DNA of 64,000 nt. It comes from Eledone cirrhosa (Eukaryota). The translations under genes and the position numbers were made by a program. The notes below the pieces were generated by a model. The model searched no databases. It saw nothing but the letters and a program-made list of their open reading frames with translations, and was not told the origin of the DNA. The first letter of the stretch is position 1. Each line of letters starts with the position of its first letter. The stretch lies in assembly GCA_964016885.1 (NCBI GenBank), contig OZ024751.1:46252001-46316000 (forward strand), read 5' to 3'. This document shows, piece by piece, positions 26,516 to 38,829 of the stretch.

Positions 26516-27039
26516 AGGTAGGTAGGTGGGTAAGTAGGTAGGTAGGTATGTAGGTAGGTAGGTAGGTAGGTAGGTAGGTAGGTAGGTGGGTATGTATGTA
26601 GGTAGGTAGGTAGGTAGGTAGGAAGGTGGGTAGGTAGGTAGGTAGGTGGGTAGGTAGGTGGGTAGGTAGGTAGGTAGGTAGGTAGGTGGGTATGTATGTA
26701 GGTAGGTAGGTAGGTAGGTAGGTGGGTAGGTGGGTAGGTAGGTAGGTAGGTAGGTAGGTGGGTATGTAGGTAGGTAGGTAGGTGGGTAGGTGGGTAGGTA
26801 GGTAGGTAGGTAGGTGGGTAGGTAGGTAGGTGGGTGGGTAGGTAGGTAGGTAGGTAGGTAGGTAGGTAGGTAGGTAGGTGGGTAGGTAGGTAGGTAGGTG
26901 GGTAGGGAGGGAGGCAGGTAGGTAGGTAGGTAGATAGGTAGGTAGGTGGGTAGGTAGGTGGGTAGGTAGGTAGGTAGGTGGGTATGTAGGTAGGTGGGTA
27001 GGTAGGTAGGTAGGTGGGTAGAGGTAGAGGTAGGTAAGT
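26516..27039. repeat. (GGTA)n/(CCTA)n tetranucleotide array
   Basis: Directly visible. Confidence 0.95.
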
Positions 27040-27166
27040 AGATAGATATGTTTCTTTTATTTGCCACCAGGGCATCAAAAGTGGGACAAGTACAATGGGG
27101 GGAGTTTACAAAACAAGGCGTCCTCAATAAGGAGGAGGCAATAACAATATATAAAAATAAAATAAA
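27040..27166 (-). mobile_element. Second, extremely 5'-truncated copy (3' end only) of the same Tx1-like LINE
   Basis: Near-identical to 23447-23573; followed on + by ggtaggtagg (27167-27176). Confidence 0.9.
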
Positions 27167-27558
27167 GGTAGGTAGGTTATTTTCAACAGTTTCCATCGCT
27201 ACCATATATCTTAATTCACAAACAGTTTTTCTAAGATAATAATTGTTTGGTGATGACTTTGTTCAACATTGCTTCAATTCTGAAGCAATGTTGGACAGAT
27301 AAGCCAGTTAATGTGTTCACTTGAAATCTAAAACAAATAACAAAAGAAAAACACTTTGACGGTATAGGAGGACTTTTTATTTATTTATTTATTCATTTAT
27401 TTTTGCAAATAAAAGAATGTGTCAACTTTGTTGTGACATAACTGGCAGCAGAACTTTCCCGCAAAATATTCCTTTGATTTTTTTATTAATATAGTAAATG
27501 TTCATATTTAGATCAGACTAAAAAAAAAAGAAAGAAAAAAAAAGAACCCTTGAAGATT

Positions 27559-28676
27559 CTCTAAACTATAGTTTAGAGTAGGGGTCCGTTTAAACTATAG
27601 TTTAGAGCAGGGATTAGTTTAAACTATAGTTTAGAGCAGGGATTAGTTTGAACTATAGTTTAGAGTAGGGATTAGTTTAAACTATAGTTTAGAGCAGGGA
27701 TTAGTTTGAACTATAGTTTAGAGTAGGGATTAGTTTAAACTATAGTTTAGAGCAGGGATTAGTTTGAACTATAGTTTAGAGTAGGGATTAGTTTAAACTA
27801 TAGTTTAGAGCAGGGATTAGTTTGAACTATAGTTTAGAGTAAGGATCCGTTTAAACTATAGTTTAGAGCAGGGATTAGTTTGAACTATAGTTTAGAGCAG
27901 GGATTAGTTTGAACTATAGTTTAGAGTAGGGATCCGTTTAAACTATAGTTTAGAGCAGGGATTAGTTTAAACTATAGTTTAAAGTAGGGATTAGTTTAAA
28001 CTATAGTTTAGAGCAGGGATTAGTTTGAACTATAGTTTAGAGTAAGGATCCGTTTAAACTAGTTTAGAGTAGGGATTAGTTTAAACTATAGTTTAAAGTA
28101 GGGATTAGTTTAAACTATAGTTTAGAGCAGGGATTAGTTTGAACTATAGTTTAGAGTAAGGATCCGTTTAAACTATAGTTTAGAGTAGGGATTAGTTTAA
28201 ACTATAGTTTAGAGCAGGGATTAGTTTGAACTATAGTTTAAAGTAGGGATTAGTTTAAACTATAGTTTAGAGCAGGGATTAGTTTGAACTATAGTTTAGA
28301 GTAAGGATCCGTTTAAACTATAGTTTAGAGTAGGGATTAGTTTGAACTATAGTTTAGAGCAGGGATTAGTTTGAACTATAGTTTAGAGTAAGGATCCGTT
28401 TAAACTATAGTTTAGAGTAGGGATTAGTTTAAACTATAGTTTAGAGCAGGGATTAGTTTGAACTATAGTTTAGAGCAGGTATTAGTCTAAACTAGAGCAG
28501 GGATTAGTTTGAACTATAGTTTCGAGTAGGGATTAGTTTGAACTATAGTTTAGAGCAGGGATTAGTTTGAACTATAGTTTCGAGTAGGGATTAGTTTAAA
28601 CTATAGTTTAGAGCAGGGATTAGTTTGAACTATAGTTTCGAGTAGGTATCAGTTTAAACTATAGTTTAGAGTAGGG
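27559..28676. repeat. 29-bp satellite, about 38 copies, with internal palindrome AAACTATAGTTT
   Basis: Unit aactatagtttagagcagggattagttt(g/a). Confidence 0.95.
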
Positions 28677-28878
28677 CTCAGTGTTAAGATTTGTAGAGTT
28701 TGTGTGCGTGATAGAGGTAGGGTGAGTGGCAGAGTTAGTGTGAATGGTAGAGTTTATGTTAGTGATAGTGTTAGTACTAGTGTTAGTGTTAGTGTGTATT
28801 AATGTGAGGGTGAGTGATATATATATATATGGGGGAAGTATGTATATATATATATATGGGCGTAGTATGTATATATAA

Positions 28879-29307
28879 TAGACCTGAAAAATGCGCAAAC
28901 TCAAAAGAGCCACAGAATGTTATAATAAACCTTCAAAAGTGTGGGACTAGAGTTTTTGCTCAAAAATATTGTAATCATTATCTATCGTACACTCTGTGGC
29001 ATCCTTTTATAAAAAAGAGACTCATAACGAACTCAAGACGACACGATAATTATTTAAGCTAATGTTCAATATCTCATATTAGATGTTTAGTAATGATTAA
29101 TACGAAATGCACTTAAACCGAATTCTATATTATAAATTCACTTAAATAATTATCGTGTCGTCTTGAGTTCGTTATGAGTCTCTTTTTTATAAAAGGATAT
29201 ACGATAGATAATTACAATATTTTTGAGTAACAACTCTAGTCCCACACTTTTGAAGGTTTATGATAACATTTTGTAGCTCTTTTGAGCTTGCGCATTTTTC
29301 AGGTCTA
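28879..29307. mobile_element. MITE/foldback element with terminal inverted repeats of about 170 bp
   Basis: tagacctgaaaaatgcgcaa...ttgcgcatttttcaggtcta. The arms match through cgacacgataattatttaag. No clear TSD. Confidence 0.8.
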
Positions 29308-29890
29308 GTTTAATATTTTTTTAAGGCAACGCTTGTAATAACTCTAGTTAAACATGATATATATTAATAATAAATTATCGTTGTAATGTAATTAGATTAC
29401 ATAATTGTTATTTTATAAATGATCTTATAAATATTATTGTAAGATGTATAAACATATTTTCAGACTTTTAATATAAACGACTACAAAAAACAATCAATAT
29501 TAAATAAATATATTTTACATAATAGAAAACATAAAATAAATAAACAATATAAAAATAAAATATTTACATCCAATTGCAATTATCAGTCTATATAAATTAG
29601 CGAAACGATAAATAAACGTGCAAACAAAGTGGCAGATGCTTTTGAACAACAATTACTCTCATTGGTTGATTAGCCAATAAAACGATGAAATTAGCCAATA
29701 AGACGATACATTACAAAAGATGTTTGGCAGGGATCACCACGGCCAGCGAAACCCCTTGATTTTTGTATTCACAAGCTACGCATATATGTCAGACATGCAG
29801 ATTTAAACATTCTGTTGTTAGTCATTGCGTGTCTAACAGATATATGGGTGTAGTATGTATGTATATATATATTGGTGTAGTATGGGTATA

Positions 29891-29935
<45 letters not shown>

Positions 29936-29981
29936 TGTAGTATGTATATATTATATCGCAATAATTGATGTACAGATTAAT

Positions 29982-30308
29982 AATTGTTTCTACTTTAGGC
30001 ACAAGGCCAGCAATTACCCAGTTCATTACTGGTACTTTATTTTATCGACCCCGTAAGGATGAAAGGCAAAGTCAACCTCGGCGGGATTTGAACTCAGATC
30101 ATAAAGGGACGTAACTATGCTGGAACGCATGGCGTCCGACCCTCCACCGATACTGCCAGTAATTTGGGAGGTAGGGAAAGTCGATTAAATCGACCCCAGT
30201 GCGTGACTGGTACTTTATTTTGTCGACTCCGTAAGGATGAAAGGCAAAGTTAACCTCGACAGGATTTGAACTCAGAATGGCAAGGGCCGTAAGTCTATGC
30301 TGCAAAGC
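29982..30308 (-). mobile_element. Two tandem family-A SINEs
   Basis: Reverse-complement cores at about 30030 and 30210. Confidence 0.85.
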
Positions 30309-30438
30309 AGCTTAATAATGGGAGTCTTAATGTATTATATTTCAACTTCATAATTTAGTTAATCTCAAGTGGAAGCCAGAACAAGATTATTTGTTTGGAC
30401 TTTAGACAGTGCAATTTGCACAGACATGCACACAAGTA

Positions 30439-30550
<112 letters not shown>

Positions 30551-30601
30551 CCAATTATTTATAATGTATATATATATAACTTTAATCTGTTATTTTAATA
30601 A

Positions 30602-30689
<88 letters not shown>

Positions 30690-30789
30690 ACGAAATAAAG
30701 TATCATGAAAGTTGAAGCACCCAAAGGTCAATTGCAAAAAAGATAGTTGGCATGACAGGCCTTGACTATTGGAGTTAATTAGAAAAGCT

Positions 30790-31245
30790 CGACCTTTATT
30801 CTCTCCAGCGTCGCCGTGAGCGCTACATGATGTGGAAAATATTCCATCAGCATTGCCCAAATGATATTGGCATCACCTTTAAGGTACACCCAAGACTCGG
30901 GCCCCCTGTTATCCGCCCACAACAAAAATCTCACTCGCATCTTATAACAACAATACTACACAATTATTTCACCTCAATTGGCCCCGCTCTCTTTAACATT
31001 ACACCAAAACACATTAAAACGGAAACAGACTCCATAAAGTTCAAGAAGTCTTTGGACAAATTCCTTCAAGAAATTCCAGATAAACCTCCTACACCCGGAT
31101 ATGTCTCAATAAACACTAACTCTCTACTTGAGTGGGCCATGGTGTCCAAATCCTGATTTGAAAGACTTCGCCAGGTGGTGCTATTAAGTTAGACATGGCC
31201 TGGGCCAATACTGGCCGAAACCTATCAAAGTTATCAAAGTTATAT
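30790..31245 (+). pseudogene. CR1/L2-group LINE 3' end
   Basis: MWKIF...FTSIGPALFNITPKHIK...FKKSLDKFLQEIPDKP..PGY..NSLLEW, followed by a short tandem tail (tatcaaagt)2. Confidence 0.7.
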
Positions 31246-31361
31246 AAGACTTTTTTTATACTAAGTGTTTTTCCGTATACTTTTCACACACACACACACA
31301 CATATATATATATACACACACTTGAATCTAACCGCCCCCTCTCTATCTCTCTCTCTCAACA

Positions 31362-31865
31362 AGAACTCACTGGACGCTGGCTATATCCCTGAAAATGTAC
31401 TGTCCCAGTCTGTTGTCCCAGTTTTCAAAAAGAGAAACAAGTCCCTTGTAGTGAATTACCACCCGATATCACTCACTTCTCATATCTTTAAGGTATTTGA
31501 GAGGGTGAAGAGATCACGAATAACTCACTGACTTGAAAGCAACAATCAGCTGAATTCCAAACAACATGGGTTCCGTAATGGCAGGGACTGCTTAACGCAG
31601 CTCCTGCATCACTTTGATGACATTTTTTAAAGAACTTTGGGAGAGGGCTCCAACACTGATGTCATACCTTGATTTCAGCAAGGCCTTTAACACAATTTAT
31701 CCCAACATCCCATTGAAAAAATTATCCAACATTGGTGTGTCTGGAAAGCTACTACGATAGATCAAGTATTTCCTGATTAACAGAGCCCAACATGTTGTGA
31801 TTGAAGGAATCAAAGTGTGTATACAATCAAGCTCAGCCAAAGTCAGTAGTGGCGTCCCACAAGAC
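31362..31865 (+). pseudogene. CR1/L2-group reverse transcriptase fragment
   Basis: VVPVFKK..NYHPISLTSHIFKVFER..QHGFRNGRDCLTQLL..LDFSKAF..SGVPQ, with stops and frameshifts. Confidence 0.85.
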
Positions 31866-32371
31866 ATTACGTTGACCCCTACGGACGGTAGATTGGCAGT
31901 ATCGATTACTGTCAATCCACCACCTTTTTACCACCTTTTTACCACCAGAAAAAAAAAAGAATGCCAAAATATACGATAATGACAAAATACAAAGAAACCT
32001 GACAGCGAGATTTCAGACAGATTCCGTTAACCAAATTTTCTTTCACAAAACTTTAGACATCTCAACCGCTGACTTAAGACGCAAAGTCCCGCTGCCGCTA
32101 AGTACCATTGATCGAAGTCAGAGCTAGGTTGTTGCAAAGCGAATATTTTATCACTTTACCATAACAGGCATGTTTCTCTTTCTTCTTCATTTCCGCTACA
32201 ACTAATTTTATCCAGCTTCTTTATATATTTAGAAATACATCGATAGTTTTGGGGTTGTTTTTGTTTTTTAGATCGATAACAAAACAACATACAAACATGA
32301 CATACTTGCTCTATTTCCATTATTCTATACTAATTACTATACTTTCTAAACATTACATTTTGCAACAGTCG

Positions 32372-32632
32372 TTCTGAATTCAAATTCCGCCAAGGTTAGC
32401 TTTGGTTTTTATCCTTACAGGGTCGATAAAATACAACACCAGTAATGCACTAGGGTTGATTTAATCAACTTTCCCTTCTACCCAAATTGTTGGCCTTGCG
32501 CCTAAATTAGAAACCAAATAATTGTTTCTACTTTTGGCACAAGGCCAGCAATTATCCCAGTGTATTACTGGTACTTTATTTTATCGACCCCGTAAGGATG
32601 AAAGGCAAAGTTAACCTCGGCAGGATTTGAAC
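32372..32632. mobile_element. Two 5'-truncated family-A SINEs, tail to tail
   Basis: + copy at 32372-32516 and - copy at 32520-32632. Confidence 0.75.
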
Positions 32633-32642
32633 AATAAACAAT

Positions 32643-32700
<58 letters not shown>

Positions 32701-32706
<6 letters not shown>

Positions 32707-33367
32707 GAATAATCGAGTATCGAAAAATCGGCGCACGAGTTCACGATAAACAAAATTCGATATGAGTGGCAGAGGGCTCAATAATTCAGATAAATCAGAG
32801 CTATAACTATCGTTAAAATACCAACACACATAGATTATGTCTAAAATCAACCATACGACCGAAAAATTACGATCTGGAAGATTCGGGTCACTCAGATAAA
32901 ATATCAATAAATCAATAAATCATATGAATGTAAAAAGCTTACCCGGACCCGCTAGAAAGATGGTAAATCTAGCTTCTTGGGTTTCTGTAAATCCTTAAAT
33001 CGCCCACTATCAGCCCACATAAAAATATATAAGACTTCTAGGGAGCAGCGGACAGGAATTTATCAACGAGCTTTTGTCCGAACGAATAAAAAGGCACAAC
33101 CCTAGCTGAAAACGCACATGGAATTCAGCAAGGGAGATAACCTCTATATCCGCGAAAAATATTCGGGAAAATGTGGAAAATCACATATCGAATAAGAGTG
33201 CTCAATAGACATGTTAAAATAAACAGGAGCTATTCATCATTTAATAGAATCGACAAAAAATGAACAATAAAATTAACTGGTCAATAGCTAAGTCTAGAGC
33301 TAAATATAGTAGAATAATCGAGTATCGAAAAATCGGCGCACGAGTTCACGATAAACAAAATCGATAT
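32701..33367. mobile_element. Non-coding element with direct terminal repeats of about 62 bp inside (TA)n
   Basis: atagtagaataatcgagtatcgaaaaatcggcgcacgagttcacgataaacaaaa at 32701 and 33306. Confidence 0.75.
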
Positions 33368-33499
33368 ATATATATATATATAACGGCGAGGAATTAGTTT
33401 TGCGAGGTTTTTGATATGAAATCGTGTGTCCAAACAGTGAGTGTGTTCTGTTATTAATTCTGGCAATATTATTACACAAATATGACCCTCCCGAAGTAT

Positions 33500-33587
<88 letters not shown>

Positions 33588-33589
<2 letters not shown>

Positions 33590-33758
33590 ATTGTTTCTAC
33601 TTTTGGCACAAGGCAGGCAATTACCAGTGTATTACTGGTACTTTATTTTATCGACCCTGTAAGGATGAAAGGCAAAGTTAACCTTGACGGGATTTGAACT
33701 CAGAATGGAAAGGGCCGTAACTCTTTGCATCAAAGCATGGCGCCCGACCCTCTACCGA
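33588..33758 (-). mobile_element. Family-A SINE
   Basis: Reverse-complement core and head. Confidence 0.85.
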
Positions 33759-34065
33759 ATAATAATAGGGTTTAAGTATCGTAAGAGAGGATGAAACAGA
33801 AAGGTGCGATACAGAGTACTAAATGCCAACAGCCGAAGCGTGGTGCGCTCTATGCTTGGGTTAGCAGGGTTAAATATTAGAGGAAGTTAACATTTAGCGT
33901 ATGGTTTAAGCAGAGCGGGAATAAACAAATGAATGAATGAATGAAGGAAGGAACCTTCTGGGCGAAACATGTGTAAGAGCTATATAAAGGACTTATTTTA
34001 ACGGCTTGTAACTCCTTCATTCATTCATTCATTCATTTGCTTTTATATATATATATATATATATA

Positions 34066-34290
<225 letters not shown>

Positions 34291-34298
34291 ATATATAT

Positions 34299-34512
34299 AG
34301 GCGTGTGGCTGAGTGGTTAAGGAATTGGATTCGCAATCGTAAGGTTGTGAGTTCGATTCCTGGACCAGGTGATGCGTTATGTCCTTGAGCAAGACACTTT
34401 ATTTCACGTTGCTCCTTCTACCTGGAGTTGCGACCGATAGATAGTATTAGCAATTGGAAAGACCAACGGAAACATTGTTCCCTCGGTCCGATTTGACGAA
34501 AGTCGATCGTTC
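34299..34512 (+). mobile_element. tRNA-derived SINE family B (CORE-like domain)
   Basis: tRNA head ggcgtgtggctgagtggttaag...gagttcgattcc, then gtccttgagcaagacactt. Relatives at 38622-38755 (-), 46643-46825 (+) and a tail fragment at about 3520-3575. Confidence 0.8.
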
Positions 34513-34540
34513 CTTTAATATATATATATATAAATGAATG

Positions 34541-34581
<41 letters not shown>

Positions 34582-34607
34582 GAATGAAAATATATATATA
34601 TATATAT

Positions 34608-35265
34608 AAGTATTGAAGTTTCCGTTGAAAATTGAAAAAGTCATAGGAGTGAAGAGTGCTCTATGTAAGTACCAGAGCAAAATTTAATGTCACTTATATG
34701 CGTAAGATTAAAAGAGAAGGGAGTGTTTATACATATATCGAGAATGACACTTCTTTTTACTATTACACTCCCTTCCCTCTTTATCTTCCGCATATAAGTG
34801 ACCGCGCGTGTGTGTGTGTTTATACGCGTGCTTTCATACTCGTATGTGTATTTAATACCTGTATCTGGATGCGTGTTAACTATATTATCTTACAATTTCT
34901 TTTTCAACTCATATTATATACGTATTTGTGGTCACATATCACAAATATTCTTGCCCTCATATATGTACTTACGCACACATTTTCACCATGCACATGCATT
35001 TGTATATACACACATATGTACATTTGTGAGTGTATATACATACATATACACATACCTTAACTATATTTCCTTATTTTTTTATATATCTCTTGCATTACTT
35101 TTATTTATATATTTTTTGCCCGTTAAACTCTTGCCTTTCTTGAGGAGACTTTTCAAATATTTCACTATGTTTTAAATTGCCTTGTCCGATGAACGAATGA
35201 GGACGTTTTTCGTATTCGTCTTATTCGGGAAACCTCTGGTAATGAGGTAATTATATTGTATTGTT

Positions 35266-35270
<5 letters not shown>
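34608..35270 (+). mobile_element. Non-coding hammerhead-bearing element with inverted head, within (TA)n
   Basis: The body is the reverse complement of 62943-63450, while the head (about 85 bp) has the same orientation as 62860-62942. Confidence 0.8.
35180..35255 (+). ncRNA. Hammerhead-like motif (CCGATGA core variant); second copy on the - strand at 62960-63035
   Basis: CCGATGA-a cgaatgaggacg..cgtcttattcg g-GAAAC-ctc tggtaat gag-GTA; stem I is weak. Confidence 0.6.
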
Positions 35271-35300
<30 letters not shown>

Positions 35301-35489
35301 TGTATGTATATATACGACGGGGTTCTACAGTGTTTCCGTCTAATTTCCGTCTCTACTTTTAAACTTAAATTCATTTCTTTGACACTTCCGCCCAACAGAC
35401 TTCTTTTCTTTTCTTTCTGCGTCTTTTTGCTATGTCTGGTAGAGGGGTCTGTGTCCCTGACCTTAATACGAAACCCATACGATCAGATG

Positions 35490-35765
35490 AGATTGATGTT
35501 GATTGATGTTCAGTTGAAATTGTTGCAGGAATCTACTCCAGCATGAGAGACATGTGCAGTGACAGAATTCCAGAGGGACGATGCCCTGGGGTGGAAGGAC
35601 TGGGTGTATTAGTTAGCGGAGAGCTGGGTGGGGGGAGCTGGACACAATATGGCTGATGAGAGGAAGTGATACGAGTGAAATGAGAGTTCCTGTGTGAAGG
35701 TGGCACGGGTCAACTAAGTCGAATGAGCAGAGGTCATAGTCGTAGCAGTAGAAAAAACAATTTCC
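35490..35765 (-). pseudogene. Old CR1/L2-group LINE 3' fragment
   Basis: Minus-strand translation gives FYCYDYDLCSFDL...YTQSFHPRASSLWNSV, a typical LINE C-terminus. Confidence 0.55.
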
Positions 35766-35987
35766 ATTTTAAGCCTCTCCCCAGGCCTTAGTTATTTTTT
35801 CTTTCTTTTCGTCAAATTTGTAAATTCTATTCTTAATAATTTGTTCATTGTATTTACAAAATAACTGTTTTATTCTCCGACTTTGCTGAACATGGTACGC
35901 AGTTTCTAAATCCCGTTGAAGCTAATTCATCTGCTAATTAGAAAGTCTTAGACTTTTAAAAATATCCCATCAACCTTCCTTTATTAA

Positions 35988-36357
35988 TGTATAAGCTTAT
36001 GTATAAGTCGAATATCTGTTATGACCACGAGTCATTATAAGCACGTGTATAAGTCGAACATCTGGTATGACTACGAGTCATTATAATCTTGTGTATAAGT
36101 TGAACATCTGATATGACTACGAGTCATTATAATCTCGTGCATAAGTCGAACATCTGGTATGATTACGTGTCATTATAATCTCGTGCATAAGTTGAACATC
36201 TGGTATGACTACGAATCGTTATAAGCTTATGTATAGGTCGAACATCTGGTATGACTACGAGTCATTATAAGCTCATGTATAAATCGAACATCTGGTATGA
36301 CTACGAGTCATTATAAGCGCGTGTATAAGTCGAACAACTGGTATGATCACCTGTCAT
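35988..36357. repeat. 46-bp minisatellite, about 8 copies
   Basis: Unit ataagtcgaacatctggtatgactacgagtcattataagctcgtgt. Confidence 0.9.
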
Positions 36358-36442
36358 TGTGGTTTAAATAAATCTGAACAACCTTCACCACAAAAGATCA
36401 CAAGGAAAGCTTCTAAAACAACCCCGTTATTAATGTTATTAA

Positions 36443-36632
36443 CGGTGAATTGGCAGTATCTGTAGAGGGTCGGACGCCATGCTTTCCAGCAAAGAGTTAC
36501 GCCCCTTTATGGTCTGAGTTCAAATCCCGCCGAGGTTAACTTTGCCCTTCATCCTTACGGGGTCGATAAAATAAAGTACCAGTAATACACTGATATAATT
36601 GCTGGCCTTATGCCAATAGTAGAAACAGTTAT
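36443..36632 (+). mobile_element. Family-A SINE
   Basis: Full head, core and tail, flanked by a TSD-like gttattaatgttattaac on both sides. Confidence 0.85.
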
Positions 36633-36856
36633 TAATGTTATTAACACATCGAAAATCTGATATAGGATGGCTCTGCAAATATATTCTAGAAACCTTCTAA
36701 ATTAAAGTTTAATGGATACATGGAAAATATATACCGATTGTGTTTCTCAATAAAAAAAGCTCAATGGACAAAAAAAGCCCAGGGCATAAAATTTGACAAG
36801 TTTCAACGATAGTATTTTGTACATTTATATAAAACAAAACAATTAAATTGTAAGAT

Positions 36857-36918
<62 letters not shown>

Positions 36919-37034
36919 ATAGTAACGTTTTTCGAAATATTTACTTCTGCGTTCACAGATTGATTTTTTTTTAGTTTCAGAAGATCCCGTTAAGGGTGAA
37001 AGCAGCGATTCTTTGCTTAAACTTTAATCTGTTA

Positions 37035-37068
<34 letters not shown>

Positions 37069-37236
37069 ACGTATAATATAGAAATGGATTCTACAGGACT
37101 AAAACTGTTTCATTTGAATGAAACAGTTCTAGGCCTGTAGAAGTCATTTTTATATAAAACTTGATGTTTACACTCTACTAATGTATTGAGTACCTTACTA
37201 ATTGTGGTTACCCCCGATTGAACCCGAGACTCATAC

Positions 37237-37267
<31 letters not shown>

Positions 37268-37555
37268 CGACAACACTCATCTTTTTCCATTTCTCCGAGG
37301 GTTATAAACCCCAACATCAGGCTAGAAATTTCTTTAGTCTAAAATACGGTGAAAGCTTATAATTTCTAATTTCTAATTTTCAAACTCACGCACCGTTTCA
37401 AAAACATACTTACATGTTTACATTTATAAATGTATATATAAATATATATACATATATATATGTATATATAAATGTATGAGTCTCGGGTCAAATCGGGGGT
37501 AACCACAATTATATATATGTATATGTGTATATGTGTCTACACGCACACACACGCG

Positions 37556-37586
<31 letters not shown>

Positions 37587-38198
37587 GTTTATATCTAACC
37601 CATCTCTCTGGCTATACACACACAACGTATCACGTATGTACATGAAAGTTATAGTTCTATTTGACCATAGCTGCGATACCTAAAACAAACTAAAGAAACT
37701 GGGAGTCAACGCTACATAACTAATTCAGGATTTAGATTTATTTCCGTGTTTGTGTGTGTAATAAACTATAATGGGTTCTAACATGTTCAAGGCTCGCATT
37801 TTCCTCTTTTTATCTAAATCCCCTATTGGACAAGTTTCATCTTGCAAACTACTAGAAAATTAAAACATTTCCTTGCTGGTCATTTTTTGATGTTCCATTT
37901 CGTTGTTGAGTTGGCGATATTTTTTTTTTAATGTCTGAGTTTCATCATGTTTAACGCTGTAATACGAACCTGTTTACCCTTGGCTACCAAGTAGCATACA
38001 TATAATCGATAGATGATCAATACATATTAGAAATTATTGATAAATCATGGTGTATACATGATACATAATAACATCAATTATAATTATATTTAACACGCTG
38101 GATTGTCTTTTTGTATTTTGTCGCACGTCAATCAGTTTTGAGCCGAACCTATTATGAAAAGGTCCTCCAATAGTGGTTAATCTGTCGTATTCTTGATA

Positions 38199-38346
38199 CA
38201 GGTAAAATTCCATTATAACGAATTGTTCAGTGTAACGAAATTTTTTTCAATCCTCGGCCACACGCTCGATCACGTTATAAAGAATTTTTCGTTACCACGA
38301 ATTTTTTTTTATACCCCGTGAATTTCGTTATAACAGAATTTCACTG
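38199..38346. mobile_element. Tigger/pogo-like MITE
   Basis: TA|caggtaaaattccattataacgaa...ttcgttataacagaatttcactg|TA. Confidence 0.7.
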
Positions 38347-38750
38347 TATTTCTATCTCTATATATAGAATCATAACCGTCTGTTTTTCTTTTTCAAGATG
38401 TTAGTATGTAATTTGAGGGAACTTTGCTGCTGTTTCCAGCAGGAAACCGATCACACAACCGCTTCCTCAATGCGGGAGATCTATAGATGCTACGGTTAGT
38501 ACTCGTCTCTTCTGGTGGTGTTGAAAGAAAAGTGTTACTATAAATAACAGCTGATCTCTTTCTATCTCTCTATTTCTCCCCTTCTCTCTCTTTCTCCCCC
38601 AGATCTCTCTATATATATAGAAATCGATCGACTTTCGTTTAAAATCGGACCGAGGAAACAATGTTTCCGTTGGTCTTTCCAGGTGTCTTGCCCGGTCCAG
38701 GAATCGAACTCACAACCTCACGATTGCGAATCCATTTCTCTAACCAATCA

Positions 38751-38827
<77 letters not shown>

Positions 38828-38829
<2 letters not shown>

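Noticed and set aside
27559-28676. CRISPR-like array (palindromic repeats of about 29 bp)
   Set aside because: There are no unique spacers and no cas genes, and the context is eukaryotic; this is a tandem satellite. The same applies to the 46-bp arrays at 35988 and 47395.
34299-34370. tRNA gene
   Set aside because: The tRNA-like head continues into a SINE body found in several copies.
37285-37325. Minus-strand CTGATGT..GAAA motif
   Set aside because: Stem II is present, but the core is altered and stem III and the cleavage triplet are missing.
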